This document shows, piece by piece, positions 22,851 to 37,639 of a DNA stretch of 64,000 nt; positions within the stretch are counted from its first letter, which is position 1; each line of letters opens with the position of its first letter. The DNA is from Octopus sinensis (lineage: Eukaryota), in NCBI RefSeq assembly GCF_006345805.1, contig NC_042997.1, positions 61,504,001 to 61,568,000 of the forward strand. The letters are read 5' to 3'. The notes below the pieces were generated by a model. The model made no database searches. It was not told the DNA's origin and saw only the letters and a list, made by a program, of their open reading frames with translations. A program made the position numbers and the translations under genes.

Positions 22851-25439
22851 ATATATATATATACACATATATACATACACATACAGACCACACAAAGGTG
22901 TATACGTGGTGTATGTGTCCATGTCTGTCAAAAATGGATCAATAATGAAAACTCTAGCAACTTTGCTTAATTTTAAAATATAATTACATGAAAGAAGTGA
23001 ACACTTTTCTTTAGGCTAGGAATTTATATTACAATTAATACTTAACTATGTCTTCTGTTTATTTTCCTACTTATATAAATAGTTTCAGGCTTGAAGACTT
23101 ATATAATTAAAATTACTTTTAGCATATTATCATGGCTTAGTATTGCTCAGTTATACTATAAGTAGTTTATTAAAACATTATTCAGTTTAGCTTAGTTGTA
23201 TAGTTTAAATCTTAATTTTGATTTTGCTGTTTGCTTTGCTTGGATGCAAACATGACTGTATGGTTAAGAAGTTCACTTTGCAAGGTTCCATCCCACTGTA
23301 CCAGGTTCCATCCTACTGTACAGAACTTTCCTTATAGCATGAGGTTGACTAATGCCTTTTGAGGGAAATTTATGAAACAGATGCTGTGTGGAAGTCTGCC
23401 CTGCATGTGTGCATGTATATGCACACAGACATGCACACATGCACAAGAACAAACTTCCACATGAAAGCAAGATATAAGCTACCAAATCATACTCACATGC
23501 AAGTGATTACTAAGCTATGCATATCCAGCCAACCATCCATCTATCCATTCATTCATTCAGCCAGCCAGCCAGCCATTTATTTATCTGCCTGTCTATCCAT
23601 CCATCTATTTATCTGTCTATCTATCCATCCATCTATTTGTCTATTTATCCATCCATCCATCATTTGCAAGTGAGTTCAATATGGCAGCTTGTAACACACA
23701 TTCACTAATTGTTTTAGCTACCAGCGTAGCTATGAGCAGATACAAACATGCTCTGCCATCCCAGTAACAGTAGAACATTGTGGATATGATAGCCAGAAGA
23801 CAGCAAAGCTGCACTAATTCAAGGTTGGTATTCGTTTACAGATGAATAGACTGAAACATCATGAAGTATACACTTATCAGTTAAAACCTCAATGTATTTT
23901 TCCACTATTTCACTTACATGGATGTTTTGATATCCTACTGGTATTAAAATTCCATCCATATTGATGTGACTGAAGTAAACTTCCTTGCCCAAGAGCATTG
24001 TCTGATATTACTAATAACTCACTACATATTTGTTCATTTGATTTTACTTCTGTTTTTCCATTCTAGAAGAAGTTAGTCATATATATTTCATTTAGGCATT
24101 GGTTTACAGCTGAATGCCCTTCATGCTTCTAACCCTTACCTGATTTTCAATTACAGGATATCTCTTATTCACACACCTTCAAAAATATAGAGCCAGCAGA
24201 CATTTCGTTGACAAGGAAACAGTAATAAACTGCACCCTTTGTAGCTCACTGCTTTTGCATACAATGCATGCTGGATATAAACATCCAGTCAGGGATGCAG
24301 ATGCAACTTTCATCCTTGTGTGGTTGTCCATAAAATGTAGCTATCCAATGTAGCTGAATTGTTACAGCATTGGATGGAATGCTGGCTTGTGGTAACTGAT
24401 CCACCTATTTACTTTCTGATAGCAATGCCTGTGATGACACTGGTGCCAAGCTGCCTTTCTTTTGACAACACGTGTTGTGAGGAGGTGAGTCTTACATGTA
24501 TGGGCAACTTCCTCCTCCTCCTCATCATCATCATCATCACCATCATCAAGAGCTTTCCCAGATCTCTGCATTGATTAGAAACTTTCTCAAGTGCAAAAGC
24601 CAATGATTAGTCATGACTGAAGAAGACTTTAAGAATAAAATTAAAATGACTGGAAGCAAATGCATGTATTTTGATTTTACCAATTGTGTATACATTTCTG
24701 TTTATTTGTAAAAGTGTATGTATACCTGTGGATATGTACCCATCTAGATTTTCATAGCATTAATTCATATCTTACAAATGTGTGTAATACCATTGTAGCC
24801 TTCCAGTAGATGATGGATAAAATGCATGTTTTATAAAACTGCAGCTATAATAGATGTCTTCTTATAGGATAGAAACAGGATTAAATTAATGCCAGGTACA
24901 TATAAATGTGCATAGATTTTATTTTGGTAGCAACAATTGCTGTGTTTGAATAGCTTTCATTAATACTGATCGAGTGGCATTTTGACCAGATAATCCAATC
25001 ATTCATGTAAATCACAAACAGAGGATGGTTGATAGAAATTGAATTATTGTTTAAATCTTTTGTTGAATTTTCGAATTGCAAACCTGAGTAAACAGCATTG
25101 CTTTCCTCATCATTGTCAGACATAAAAATCAACATCATTGTCTCCACTATCACTATTATTCTTAGCACCAGGACTGCAATCGTCATCATCACTACCAACA
25201 TTATCATTATTACCAGGACTACAACTACCATCATCATCATTTTTCATTATCGTTGTCGTCAGCATCATTTTAATCATTGTCAGCATTGTTGTCAGTGTCA
25301 TCCTCATTATCATTTTATCATGACCAAACACCACCAACCCATCATCATCCATTGATAGTATATGTTTGTTATTTGTAGTTATCACTTGTATCTGTCAATT
25401 CCTCTAAAAATCCTATCACTCTTCAACTTCCACTCCACC

Positions 25440-25690
25440 CTGGCCATATTTCTCTCACCTTTTGTTCCTTCATTCATTTTCTCTTTGATACTTTCACTCA
25501 TTTAAAAAATTACAATATTCTTTTTTTCCATTCTCTTTCTCTTCTGTCACTCTACCCCTCCTCTTTTCTCCTCTCTCTTTCATTCTTTCTCTTACTTTCT
25601 GTCTCTTCTCACCTGTTTTGTCTTTTCACTTTTTCCTTCCTTCCTTCTGTCTCTTTATCTCACTCCTCTCACTTTCTCTGTAATTTCTCT
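25440..25690. repeat. About 250-nt polypyrimidine low-complexity tract
   Basis: Nearly all C/T on the + strand; follows a degenerate (CAT)n region at 25080-25350. Confidence 0.7.
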
Positions 25691-28600
25691 CTATACCGGT
25701 CATCAGATTCAAGGATTTTTACATGATTACATTGACCCTAGTAATTTGTTTGGTATTTATTTTATTGATATCATAATGGAAGAATGGTGAAGTCAAACTA
25801 GGTGTAAAGAGATTTAACAAAGTATTTTTATTTGATGCACTAATTCTGCTATCTCTCTTTGATTAATACTCAAGCTCTAGGCTATCCAAAGTATACTGAA
25901 TGTATTTTTTTCATCTATTTGAGTCTCTCTCCATCCTTTTCATCACTTTCCTTAGTCATTCACCAGTTGTCATTCACACTTGAGAATTTTGCAAATCAGA
26001 ATCTTAGCTATGCCTATGGGCTATATCTGTTTTTAACCCTTTTAGTTAGGGAGAGAAGAGCAATGCTCATAGCCTTTTATGTTTTCAGGATCCTGAAACT
26101 AGTAGGAAGAGAGGAAGTTATTCACAAACCAGAGACCTAACCTGAATGCCTCAACATAGTGAATTTCACTAAAGGCCTCTTAGGACCAGGGAATTGTTTT
26201 AAACTGGGCAAAGAATAAAGCTACCACCTAAGAATTCAGAATACAAAAATCTTGAACAAATACCAGACATCTTGTCTTCCATTTCACCATTTCAATAATT
26301 CTTCCAATTCCACCCAAGACTGGTACTCTATTTTTGTGAACTCTGAAAGAATAACAAGCAAAGTGGGATTTGAACTCAGCATATAGAGATCCAGAACAAA
26401 TGACCACAAAGCATTTTGTCCTATGCAGTTATGACTCAGCCAATTTACTACATGTATCTTTTGAGTTGAAAGCTTCCTAGCATTGCACTATGAATTCACT
26501 AGTGGCCCACTCTTTGTTCATACAGATAGTATCACAAGGTTTGGTTATATCTCTCACTATTCCTTGCTTCTGTATATTAACAACCTATTTTCCATCACAT
26601 TTAATGATATGCCCTCCTATGCTTAAAATGAGACCATTCCATAAAGTTCAAATAAGACCTATATTAGATTTTGTCATGTAAGTAGTGAGTGTCTTTTTGT
26701 TTCCAATCTTCTATGAAAACATGTCAGGTCATGGGGGAAATCTTAGCTTGCTTGAAAACAAGTGAGGGTTGGTGACAGAAAGGGCATCCACCTGTAGAGA
26801 AGCCACCTTGACAAATTCTGTCCAACCCATATCAGCAGGGAAAGTGGGCATTAGATGATGTTGATAGTATCTTCGATGGAGTTTATGCTACACACACACG
26901 CATGCACACATTCTAGACCACTTCCAGAAGAAAACAAATCAACTAAATGCCAAAGGTTTAATTACCAACACACTGCAATCACTAGTTCACAAACTTTCTT
27001 TTTTGTTTCCACATTGATTCATCTATTGCTACTATGAGAAAACTTTGCACTAAATATTATAACTGCATACCTTCTCCATCTAGATCCACTCAGCATACAC
27101 ATCTGTTCACCTCTCTTTATCTTTAGTGTGTCTTACCTCCCACACTTTACATTAAACACTTCGCAAAACTTTGCAACCTCTAAGAATTCCTTCTCCATCT
27201 GTATTTGTCCTACAGACACTGATTTCCACATGCTCCAGTTCAATAAGAAGTGAATCAATTTCACCTCTCTAGTTGGGGTTTGCAACTAGTTTAGATCCTA
27301 CAGCCAATTTAGGAAGGCCCTGTACACAACCCTTCCCCCCTTGGTTGTTTTATAAAGAAAACAGTCCTACCTTTCATTCAGTTTTTAGTCTTTTTTCTCC
27401 TGTTTTCTTTGTTTATATTCACACTCTGTTATATAAATATACAAATATTATCTTTGATCAATCTCATCTCAGTCCTCATTCAGGGCAGAAAAGTGAAAGT
27501 TAGTAATAAACCTGTTGAATTATCTTAAACAGTTAATATTTTTTTATTGAATTTTCTTCCCATCAATCACATTCAGCTGATTAATTAATTACCAATTAAC
27601 TAAGTCTGACAAGTTTGATCATGCATCTTAAAGACTTTTGATTGATATGGAAAGTTTTGTTTCCTTGACATGACATACAGGCCATTGTCTTTCATTGTTA
27701 TTGTCATGTGTATTCTGCACTGAAGCAGCTGTGTATGAAAAAGGTTTCTATCATGCTATGCATGTTCATATTTATATGCCAGTGTATGTGTGTGTGTGTG
27801 TGGAGAGAGAGAGAGAGAGAGAGAGATTGGTAAAAACCACTCTTAATCTCCTTTTCTATGATAAGGATAACAATTTACTGCATAAGCTGATGTGAGAATC
27901 TTCATGTTGTCATTCATCTTGCAAGAAATAGCAACCACATCTTTCATAAATCACACACTAATGTTTTTAAAAAATTAAGCCTATGATTGATTGTGTTGTC
28001 TTAGTTATACTGCAACTGAAATTAATGCATGATGGTCATGGCTAGATTGTTTAAGCATAAGCTTGCTTAATTGGGATTGATTTTGGTGCTAAACATCAAC
28101 AACAGCTACTCTACAGCTCCTATGCAGTAAGCTTACACTGCCTGTACAATACTGAATTTCTCTCAATATGTATATGAATAATTTCATTATAAGATCCATA
28201 ACTGTTGAATTTTTTTTACTGTATATCAAGATACTTTACTCTTTGCCCCATTGTCCCTCCGTTTTTCATGTATTAAACACCCTCTTAGGGGATTCAAAAC
28301 TGTAAATTCCAATTGAGGTTGAAGTGTAGTTTTGCTTGTTGGAATATAGTTCAGTGGACAGTCTTGAATTTATCATATCTTTTATCTTTTAAATGTTTCA
28401 GTCATTAGACTGTTGCCATGCTAGGGCACTACCTTGAATAATTTTAGTCAAATTAATTAACCTTAGTACTTATTTTTTAAAGTCTGGTACTTATTCCATC
28501 AGTCTCTTTTGCTGGACCACTAAGTTACAAGGATGTAAACACAATAACACTGGTTGGCCAGAAGTGGTCAGGGAGAAACACAGATACACATGTACATGTG

Positions 28601-29565
28601 TGTACACATGACAGACTTCTTTCACTTTCTGTTTACCAAATCCATTCAGAAGTTTTTAGTCAGCTTGAGGCTATAGTAAAACACACTTGCCCAAGTTGCC
28701 ACACAGTGGGACTGGACCTAGGACCATGTCGTTGAAAAGCAAACTGCTTACCACACAGCCATTCAAGAGTAAAAGAAAGAAGAGAGAAGGTTGAGTAAGT
28801 CATGTACTAAGAATACTGGTTAAACTTACTTACACTTACCTAAATCATATATTATTTTATCTCCTCTCACAAATCACTCACCTGGCATCTTTATTGCCTT
28901 CTTAAGTAACTGAACATATGATTGTCAGATACTTTTCTAGAGCAAAAATTTCAAGTTTTGTATTTTTGTTATCAAGTACTCCTCATTATAGCTACAGGCA
29001 TACATCAACTTAAGTTTGTAATTTGGTTCCAAGACATGCAACTTAAATTGAAAAATGACATAATATGAAAAACATTTAAAAATATTTATCAGCTTATATC
29101 TCTTTTAATAAACGGTTTATACATATTTTCACATGTGTTTTATTTGATTTTTCCATTTCAGTATTGGTTTTTGGTGTTTTTTCAAAAATTTTGTGCTTTT
29201 AAATATCTTTGTTGGATAATTTGACTGAAGTTGAAGCTTATTTCTACCATATATTTCTTTAAATAAAAATGATGTAAAGTAAAAAAAAAAAAAGCATAAC
29301 ACCATGATATAAGTTGAAAGATGCCTGTAGTTCCATTTGATAATACAAACTCAAACTTCATCCACTCTTTTATAACTTCAGAGAGTGTGTTCTCCAAAAT
29401 TAAAGTATTTCACATTCTGAAGAATATTAAATCATGAAATTTGAGTAAATTTCATGATAAACAAATTTAGTTGCTCTTACTCTCATGCCTTTTTGCCCTA
29501 CAGAATCAGTGATATTACCATGAGAAAGGTTGAGCTATCTCTTTAGGACTATGAAATTTCTCATC

Positions 29566-30109
29566 TTAACCCTTTTGTTGTTACCAATTTCTCTTGAAGT
29601 ACACTGATTTCAGTGAGTTTATCTCCCCATAATGTAGTAGTTCAGCAAAAGAGACTGATAGAATAAGTGCCAGGCTTAAAAGAAAAATAAGTACTGGGTT
29701 CAATTCATTCAACTAAAAGATAAAAGAGATAAAGAATTTAGTAAAAGAAATTTGTCATTATTAATCTAGTGCTTGGAACATAAATTTTTTCGTTCTAATT
29801 TTGGTACAAGGCCAGCAATTTTTAGAAGACAAGCAAGTCAATTACATCAACCCCAGCGCTTAACTGCTCCTTATTTTATCAACCCCAAAAAGGATGAAAG
29901 GCATTTGAACTCAGAATGTAAAGCCAGAAGAAATGTCATTAAGCATTTTGACTGGCATGCTAACATCTTATCAGCTTGCTGCCTTAGTTTGTATCATAAA
30001 TTAACATAAAATTTTCATGGCAGTTTTTAATTCAGATAACTTTTAAAACAGGAATTTAGTATCATAGACTCAGGAGCAGTCTTAGACAAGTTGATATCAA
30101 AAGGGTTAA
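29566..30109. mobile_element. piggyBac-type MITE (family 1), interrupted by SINE fragments
   Basis: TTAA-CCCTTTTG at 29566 and CAAAAGGG-TTAA ending at 30109; SINE pieces at about 29615-29730 and 29770-29990 lie between. Confidence 0.55.
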
Positions 30110-30343
30110 CTCCTTAGCATTTAAACCAACTGTATATGCTACTTGTTTTATGGCCCATATATGCCGCTTGTTTTATGTTCTAACCAACCAGATCCAGCCT
30201 TTCACACCTACCCTTCAATGCCATTATAAAAATATACAATCATATCATGAAAATTCCAGAGCTATGAGATAACACATGATTAAGAACAGTGTGAAAGAAA
30301 AAGCGTTACATTTGACAAAATAATCTGAATGATAAATGGTTAA
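30106..30343 (+). mobile_element. piggyBac-type MITE (family 2), about 230 bp
   Basis: TTAA-C(T)CCTTAGCATT...AATGATAAATGG-TTAA. Homologous copies at 55093-55319 (TTAA-CCCATTAGCA...TGGCTAAAGAG-TTAA), about 19510-19742(-) and partial about 63520-63680. Confidence 0.65.
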
Positions 30344-30894
30344 AACAGCTGCTGTCTCAAGAAATGAATTTTCTCTTTTAACGGTATTAGATCATGAAAT
30401 TTGAGCTGATGTTAGAAAAAAACTATTCAGAAATAACAATTTCTAAGCCACTTTAAGAATTAAAAAATTTTTGTCTTTAAACTATTGCTCACCATAATAC
30501 GATCCATAATGGAATACTGCTCACTGTTCCATTCACAAACATTGTATACCTTATTCAAATGAAAGCTAATTGATTGATTGACAAATATCAGTTACCAACA
30601 TGTTTCAACCACTGGTACACTGACATACTATATCATTCTTCTGTCCTGTGCCTACCTTTCATTCTTTTGTCATCACTCTGCATTGTCTTTTATCCAACAA
30701 ATCCCACGCTAAACACCTCACCCCATCATTCCACTTCAGATCTCTGCATCTCTTTTTCTGTCCATATTCGTTTTCTCTGAAGGTACCAGCCTCTGAAAGT
30801 TAAAACTGAACATTACCCCTACTGTCATCGTCAGCATGGGAGTAGTACTGCTCGTTTCTCTCAGATTAGAGAAAATTAAATAAAAACTGACTTT

Positions 30895-30985
<91 letters not shown>

Positions 30986-31620
30986 CAAACACCTTTACAT
31001 TTGCAGTAGTCAATAATAGTGGTGTTCTGTTAATTGACAAAATCCTCTCCATTTATAGTTTGGTTTCTCAATGAAATAGTCTCTGTCACTAGAGTTGATA
31101 GAAAAAGCAACCAAATCTCCCTCCATATTACACCATACCATCTTAAATATAGATGGATACTTTTAACAATGTATTCTGGATAAATAAAATTGCATGTTGG
31201 TTATGGCTTGAATGCCTTTGATCATAGGTCTGCTCAGTCAGAGCTGGCCTGAGGATAAGTAATATCGACAACTATATGGTTTTCGAAATATCAAACTCGC
31301 ATGTTATACTTATGCCATCACATTTATGTAGTTGAATACTAGCTGTAATTGTCATCTACCCACTCTCTACCCATTCAAAGTTTTTATTATATTAACAACC
31401 CTGTATCACATCTTGTATTACTTAAAGCTGTAGAATTACTCTGTTTAAAGTGCAAATGTTCACAACTCTTTTTACTTTATTTTTATTATTATTATTATTC
31501 AACTCTACTTACGGAAACAAAATCTGTTAAAATTGCTTCTAAGAGTAAATGTAATTGATTCTGTCAAGTTTGGTTTTCTACAGCAGCATCCTAACACTAA
31601 TTCAAAACAATTATATATAT

Positions 31621-31685
<65 letters not shown>

Positions 31686-33384
31686 AGCATATATATATAT
31701 TGATATATTCAGTATAACTATTTCTATGTAGCTACATCTACAATTCAGACATGAGCATGGATGTTTTACATGTTTTTTATTTACTTACTGCAATGTATTT
31801 ATTTCAATCGGTCATTTACAACTGAATAAGCTTTAAATTTGTTTCCTTTTTGTTGATGTTTTTTTTTTAAATTTTGATACCACAGGTTTTATTGAATTAT
31901 ATTATACATTCTTTTATTTTTGTTTTTTCATCTGTATGTGTGTGTATTCACCATCATCATCTTTGTCTGTTTTACTATGCTTTCTCATGTTGGACTAGTC
32001 TTTTTCAACTCAGTACCATGTTAGTTGTCATCTTCTTCATGCAGATTCAGCCTCTTGAGATTAGTTTCACCACTTCTTCACATTGTCTTCCTTGCATTTC
32101 ATTTTCTAATAGTCACTTCTATTCAGTTTGCTTGACACCTTTTATGCTTAATCATTGTCCTTCAAATACATCATGTCCATAACAGTGGAAACTTCCCTCT
32201 TGCCCAATACAGCTGACTTATCTCCATTTCATTTGCATGCCATTGTCACACTGATATTATGAATGCAGTGAAGAGAGTTAGCCTCAATATTTTTCCAGCC
32301 TTCATCCATCTGCATTCATTGCCTATGTTTTGCTACCATGCAATATTGCATTTTTTATGCAAATATCATACAAACTACTTTTCACTCAGAGAGGGTCAGT
32401 ACCTTTGTTGCAAGCAAATGGAATATCTCCTCAAGCATTTTCCAACTCATTCTTATTTAGATTAAACCTTTGTAGCCCCCACCTCAACTGCTATTATCAA
32501 TTACTTTTGGAAGTCCTTCTATGGAGTTGAAGGAACTCATTAAATAAGCTCTTTCACTACTTGTTACTCCTCTACATCAACTGTATTCAGAGTTCTTTTC
32601 TGTTAGTTTGCCTGTGATCACTTATGTACCCAGCATCACTTACATACCCATGTATATTGGGTATACTGTACACAATTCCTACATACACCTTTTCTGTATA
32701 CTGTGTATGGCCATTTCCCACATGGCAGCAGAGTTCTTTATTCTCTCCTACTAAAATTTTTGTCAGCTAAAAGTAGTTCTCTCTCTCTCCCAGACATACA
32801 CACTTACATACATGCACACATGCATGCAAATATGCTCCCATGAGCACTGTTGCATGTACATATATATGCATGCATATTAGCATTTCTTTGCCCCTTTCTT
32901 CTCAGCATCAATAAGTGTGAGTATGCCATTGTTTTTCCATACACACATTTCTGTTAGCGATGTCTTGATCCATACTGATACACTGATTTATTCCCTCTTC
33001 ACAGAACATTGACCAACATCTTACTCTCTGCTTCACTTATTGTTAAGTGTACCTGATTTTTCTTCTAGTCATTTAGTATTATTTCTTACTACCATTTCTG
33101 TCTCTTTTCTTCTAGTTTTTCAAAATCTGTTCCTTCACTTTTATTTTCTGTACCAATATATATAAATGTTCCTAGCTGAAACATCTATAGATCTGATTTG
33201 TGGTTTGTTATAAGCATTACTTCGTATTTCTTTGGCTTCATGTATTGTCAAGGGATCTTTCAGCTTTTCTATCTTCTCCATATTTATCTTTCACCATGCT
33301 AATATTAATAGTGGCAGCTCTGAAGCCACCATGAATGTGATGATGATAGTTTCTTGTATCAGTTTTGATAGATGTGTTGTTTTA

Positions 33385-33800
33385 CAGGGATGAGTCAAAA
33401 ATTATATGCATTCTTGTTTCTGTAATGTATTAAAACAAAAGCAGGGGTTGAACAATATATTATTTTTCAATATAGTCTCCTTGCTTTTTGATGCACTTCT
33501 TCCAGTGCTCCACATGATTGTGTATTCCATCACAGAAGAAGGTTTTCAGCTGGTCACACAGTCATTTATACACCACTTCATGTGCTTCTTTGTAGCAAAT
33601 CAACACTTCATAATGGATGTTTGATGAATCAAAAGATGTGATAGTCAAAGGAGGTGGGGCAGAAAGATCTGGACTGTGTATGCAGGGTGTTCCAGCAACT
33701 CAAAACCCAGTTTTTCAGTGGTTTCAATGGTGTGCAACAATAACACTTGATTTCACTAGAGATCTTGGCATTTGGTGCAATATTTGACATGATTTCCCTT
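33385..33800 (-). mobile_element. Mariner transposase 3' fragment with terminal repeat
   Basis: Minus translation KLGFELLEHPAYSPDL...DYHIF...KTFFCDGIHNHVEHWKKCIKKQGDYIEK*; ends at TA|CAGGGATGAGTCAAAAATT. Confidence 0.8.
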
Positions 33801-34424
33801 TTCTTATTTTACCTTGGATTGGTTGACTTAAAATTATAATAGTTGTTGTTCAGTTTCATCAGTTCTTTGCCAAACTTAAGTTTGCATTATTTGATGGTTT
33901 CTGTAAATAATGTAAGTAATTTGATGGTTTCTGTAAATAGGACATCATCATCATTTAATGTCCATTGTCCATGCTGGCATGGGTTGGATGGTTTAACCAG
34001 AGCTAGAAGCTGGAAGGCTGCGCCAGACTCCAGTCTGATTTGGCATGGTTTTCTACAGCTGGATGCCCTTCCTAACACCAACTAGTCTGAGAGTGTAATG
34101 GGTGCTCTTATGTGCCACCAGCATGGGTGCCATTTGTGTGACACTAGTATCTGCCATGACTGCAATGTTGCTTGGCTTGATGCGTCTTCTTCTCAAGGAT
34201 GACATAATGTCAAAGGTCTTGGTCATTGCTTCTGTGAAGCCCAATGCTTGAAAGGAACTTAACCACTTTACCTCCATGAGGCCTAACACTCAAAAGGAAC
34301 TCAGTCACTTTGCCTCCACAAGGCCCAATGCTTGAAAGGTGCTCTTTATGCGCCACCAGCACAAGTGCTAGTTATGTGACACTAGCATCAGTCATGACTA
34401 TGATTTCATTTGACTTGACAGGTC

Positions 34425-34640
34425 TTCTGCGCAGTAAATCTTGTTCCCAAGATACATTCTTCACCCACCTTATCATTGTGGTATACATTCTACTTATCCT
34501 GATTTTGATTGCTTTCATATGCATCCAGCATTCACAACCATATGTCAGTATGATTTCTATAACAACTCTAAAAAACTGTACAATAAACAACGGATGAGTA
34601 AATGCCAGGTTTTCCATAGAATAATTAATAATAAAGTCTC
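34425..34640 (-). mobile_element. Fragment of a second RTE-like LINE family
   Basis: VIEIILTYGCECW...RMYTTMIRWVKNVSW resembles the RTE motif VESVLLYGCEAW...CYTRMLR..LNVSW. Confidence 0.55.
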
Positions 34641-37639
34641 TTAACAAGCAATAGAAACATAGCTTTTAGTCCCTTCATGGGCCTATTTCCCTTTCCTCTT
34701 TCAAATTCGTGCTTACTTTGTCTAATTTTGTGTGTGGTATACTGTGTATTTATGTGTATATATGACTAACATATGTATTTGTCTATACATACATGTAAAC
34801 TTTGTGACTAATATGTTTCTGTAATGAATTTTGTATCTTGTCTTATATATTGTCCCTGCTTGTGAAATGCAATGATTAGCTGAATCAATAGAATGTTTAA
34901 TAAAAATGCCTTGCTGTATTTAGCTGCATCCTTTTATACAATCTAATTGTGAATCCTGCTGAAATCAACTTTGCCTTTCATCCATCTGGTTCAATAAAAG
35001 TAAATACCATGCAAGTAACTGAGGTTGATTAGCTCAACTACATTCTGTTCCACTAAATGTGTGCTTTTGTGCTAAAGCTAAAAATTATTATTATAGCTGG
35101 TGTTATGGTCGTCATTGTCATCATCATCAGCAGTTGTTTTATGCTGTAAAAAGAATAATAGCAGTAGTGAAAGTTATGGTTGTTATAGTAGTAGTTGTAA
35201 TTGTAACCTTCAATAAGACCATAAAATAGTGTATCCTGTTTATTGTAGGTGTGTGTATAGTGCATGTACTCATTTACATATGAGGAACACACTCCTATAT
35301 AGAATGAAGTATGTATATCTATTGATGTTATTTCTTTTGCTCTGTTATGACTTGTTTACAGCTTAATCTATACCACAGTGTGTCTGTGTGTATAAGTGTT
35401 ATGTTTAGAACAAATGTATGGATTTCTTTTAACCTGGGATATGTATGTCCTTGTGTAGTGATATAAATGATTGGATGTACTCCAGTATCTTATATTGTTT
35501 TACCTCCACTTATTTTAGAGGTTGAATTTTGACCCTGGGCAGAAGTAATATAATTTTGGCACTGACAGAATTTGGTCACAGAATGAAGTAGTGAGTTATG
35601 TGTCATAAAGTAACTTAGGTAATGAAACTGTAGACTCATTAGAGTCTTGAAATAAAGTGCCTAAAATATATTTATTCCATTTTGCTGCATTTTGAGTTCA
35701 AGTCTTGTCAAGCTTAACCTTTAACACACTGTAGGTGCATCATGCCACTGTATGGGTTTTCTCCCTTGTAGTAACAGGGGAAACAATTCTGGAGAAAATG
35801 CAGTGTACTAAAAGTTAATTTTGCCTTTCATCCTTTTGGAGTTGTCAAAAAAGTACCAGTCTGGAGCAGAGTATAGATATGCCTGATTGAATGCCTTGCA
35901 ATATCTATTCCAGTCTTTTGTGTTCTGAGTCCAAATATTGTCATAGCTTCCATTAGAAGTAGTCTTAATCTGTCACTTGGTTTAACACAACCACCAGTCA
36001 ACTGGGATAACATCTGCTGTAATAATTCAGGCCAAGTCCTCAATTTGAGGATACCTTCCTTTTCTTATCCAACAGTAACTAAAACCCTGGAAGAGCTCTT
36101 GGGCATTGCCTTCCTTCCTAATTAAAAGATAAATGAAGTAAATAAATAAATAAAAGAAATTATCCTTGGTCTCTAAATTTTGCACCATCTTCTCCATCTT
36201 AGTTCTTGCTCTGATTGTATGTAGTAATACATGATTAGTGAGTTAATAACAAATGATAGAACATCACACTAAATTTTGTTCACTATTCTCTTGCATCCTA
36301 GTACATCATTCTATATCCTTATTGTTTGAACTTTGTCGAATGACTATAAAAGGATTGATAATATCAATAATACATTGGAGGTGATTTATTTAACATTGAG
36401 TCTATCAAAGAAATAGTTATCATTGTAGAGGTAGATATAAAAAAATAGTGTTTACATTTGCATCAGTGTTTTTGCATTTTATCTTGAGTTTGAATGTATA
36501 TATCAACCCACCTGTATTAACCTCGCTAAGATAGCTTGATACTGTATAACATTAACGTTCCCTGGACTTTTTGGTAAGGTTTGTTACTGTACTGAACTCA
36601 TTTAGACATTTTCATTATGTCTTAGTACTGTAGTAATCTTATCCACACATATCACCTAGATATTGGGATACTATAATAACCTTACTTATATACTATGTAA
36701 CTAACAAATCAATAAGAGTGCTTCTATGTGGTCAACTGACCTGCAGGAATGACAACCATATCTCTTTTATATCATGTTCTTGTGTTATATGTGAGTGAGA
36801 AAAAGGAAAATGAGAGATGTTCACTTTTAGAATTACTTTGATCATAGAATATATCTGCTCAATTGTAGCTGGTTTGGAACTAAACAGTAAGAAGAATAAC
36901 AACTGTACTAACATCGCCCTTGTGTTGATGATGTTCAGTAAAAGTATTGATTGCAAATTTCGGCACAAGGCCAGCAATTTTGGGGAATTGGGATAGTCGA
37001 TTACATTGACTCCAGTGCACAACTGGTATTTAATTTATTGACCCCCCCACACACACACACACACAAAAGATGAAAGGCAAAGTCAACTTCAGCAGAACTT
37101 GAACTCAGAATGTAAGGACGGTTGAAATGCCACTAAGCATTTTGCCTGGTGTGGTAATGATTCTGCCAGCTCGCAGCCTTATTCATCATCATCATCATCA
37201 CTTAGCGTCCGCTTTCCATGCTAGCATGGATTGGACAGTTCAACTGGGGTCTGGGAAGCCAGAAGGCTGCACCAGGCCCAGTCTGATCTGGCAATGTTTC
37301 TACGGCTGGATGCCCTTCCTAACGCCAACTACTCCATGGGTGTAGTGGGTGCTTTTTACGTGCCACTGGCACAGGTGCCAGACGAGTCTGGCAAACGACC
37401 ACGATCGGATGGTACTTTTACGTGCCACCGGCACGGGGACCAGGTGAGGCTGGCAACGGCCACGAATGGATGGTGCTTTTTACTTGCCACCAGCACGAGG
37501 CCAGTCAGGGCGGCGCTGGCAATGGCCACGTTCGTTTGTACAGTAAAAATATTACAACTAAACCAGATTAACTTCACCCTCACTCTCTAACTCTGTATTA
37601 ACTTCTCTTTATCATCCAGGTTCTTTTTTTAAATACATC

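Noticed and set aside
25670-25710. CTGATGA on the minus strand
   Set aside because: No stem II pairing before GAAA; chance heptamer.
27460-27495. GTCCT-CATTC-AGGGC hairpin followed by AGAAA (hammerhead stem II-like)
   Set aside because: No CUGANGA upstream and no cleavage triplet or stem I.
30775-30812. Hammerhead-like CTCTGA-AGG-TACCAG-CCT-CT-GAAAG
   Set aside because: Core lacks UGA and there is no stem I or III support; at best an unrecognisable remnant.
32030-33340. Possible further RTE-like LINE remnant on the minus strand
   Set aside because: Only vague similarity across many stops; cannot be supported without a profile search.
33889-33939. 21-nt direct repeat as TSD of the adjacent RTE tail
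   Set aside because: Both copies lie on the same side of the element; it is a small local tandem duplication.
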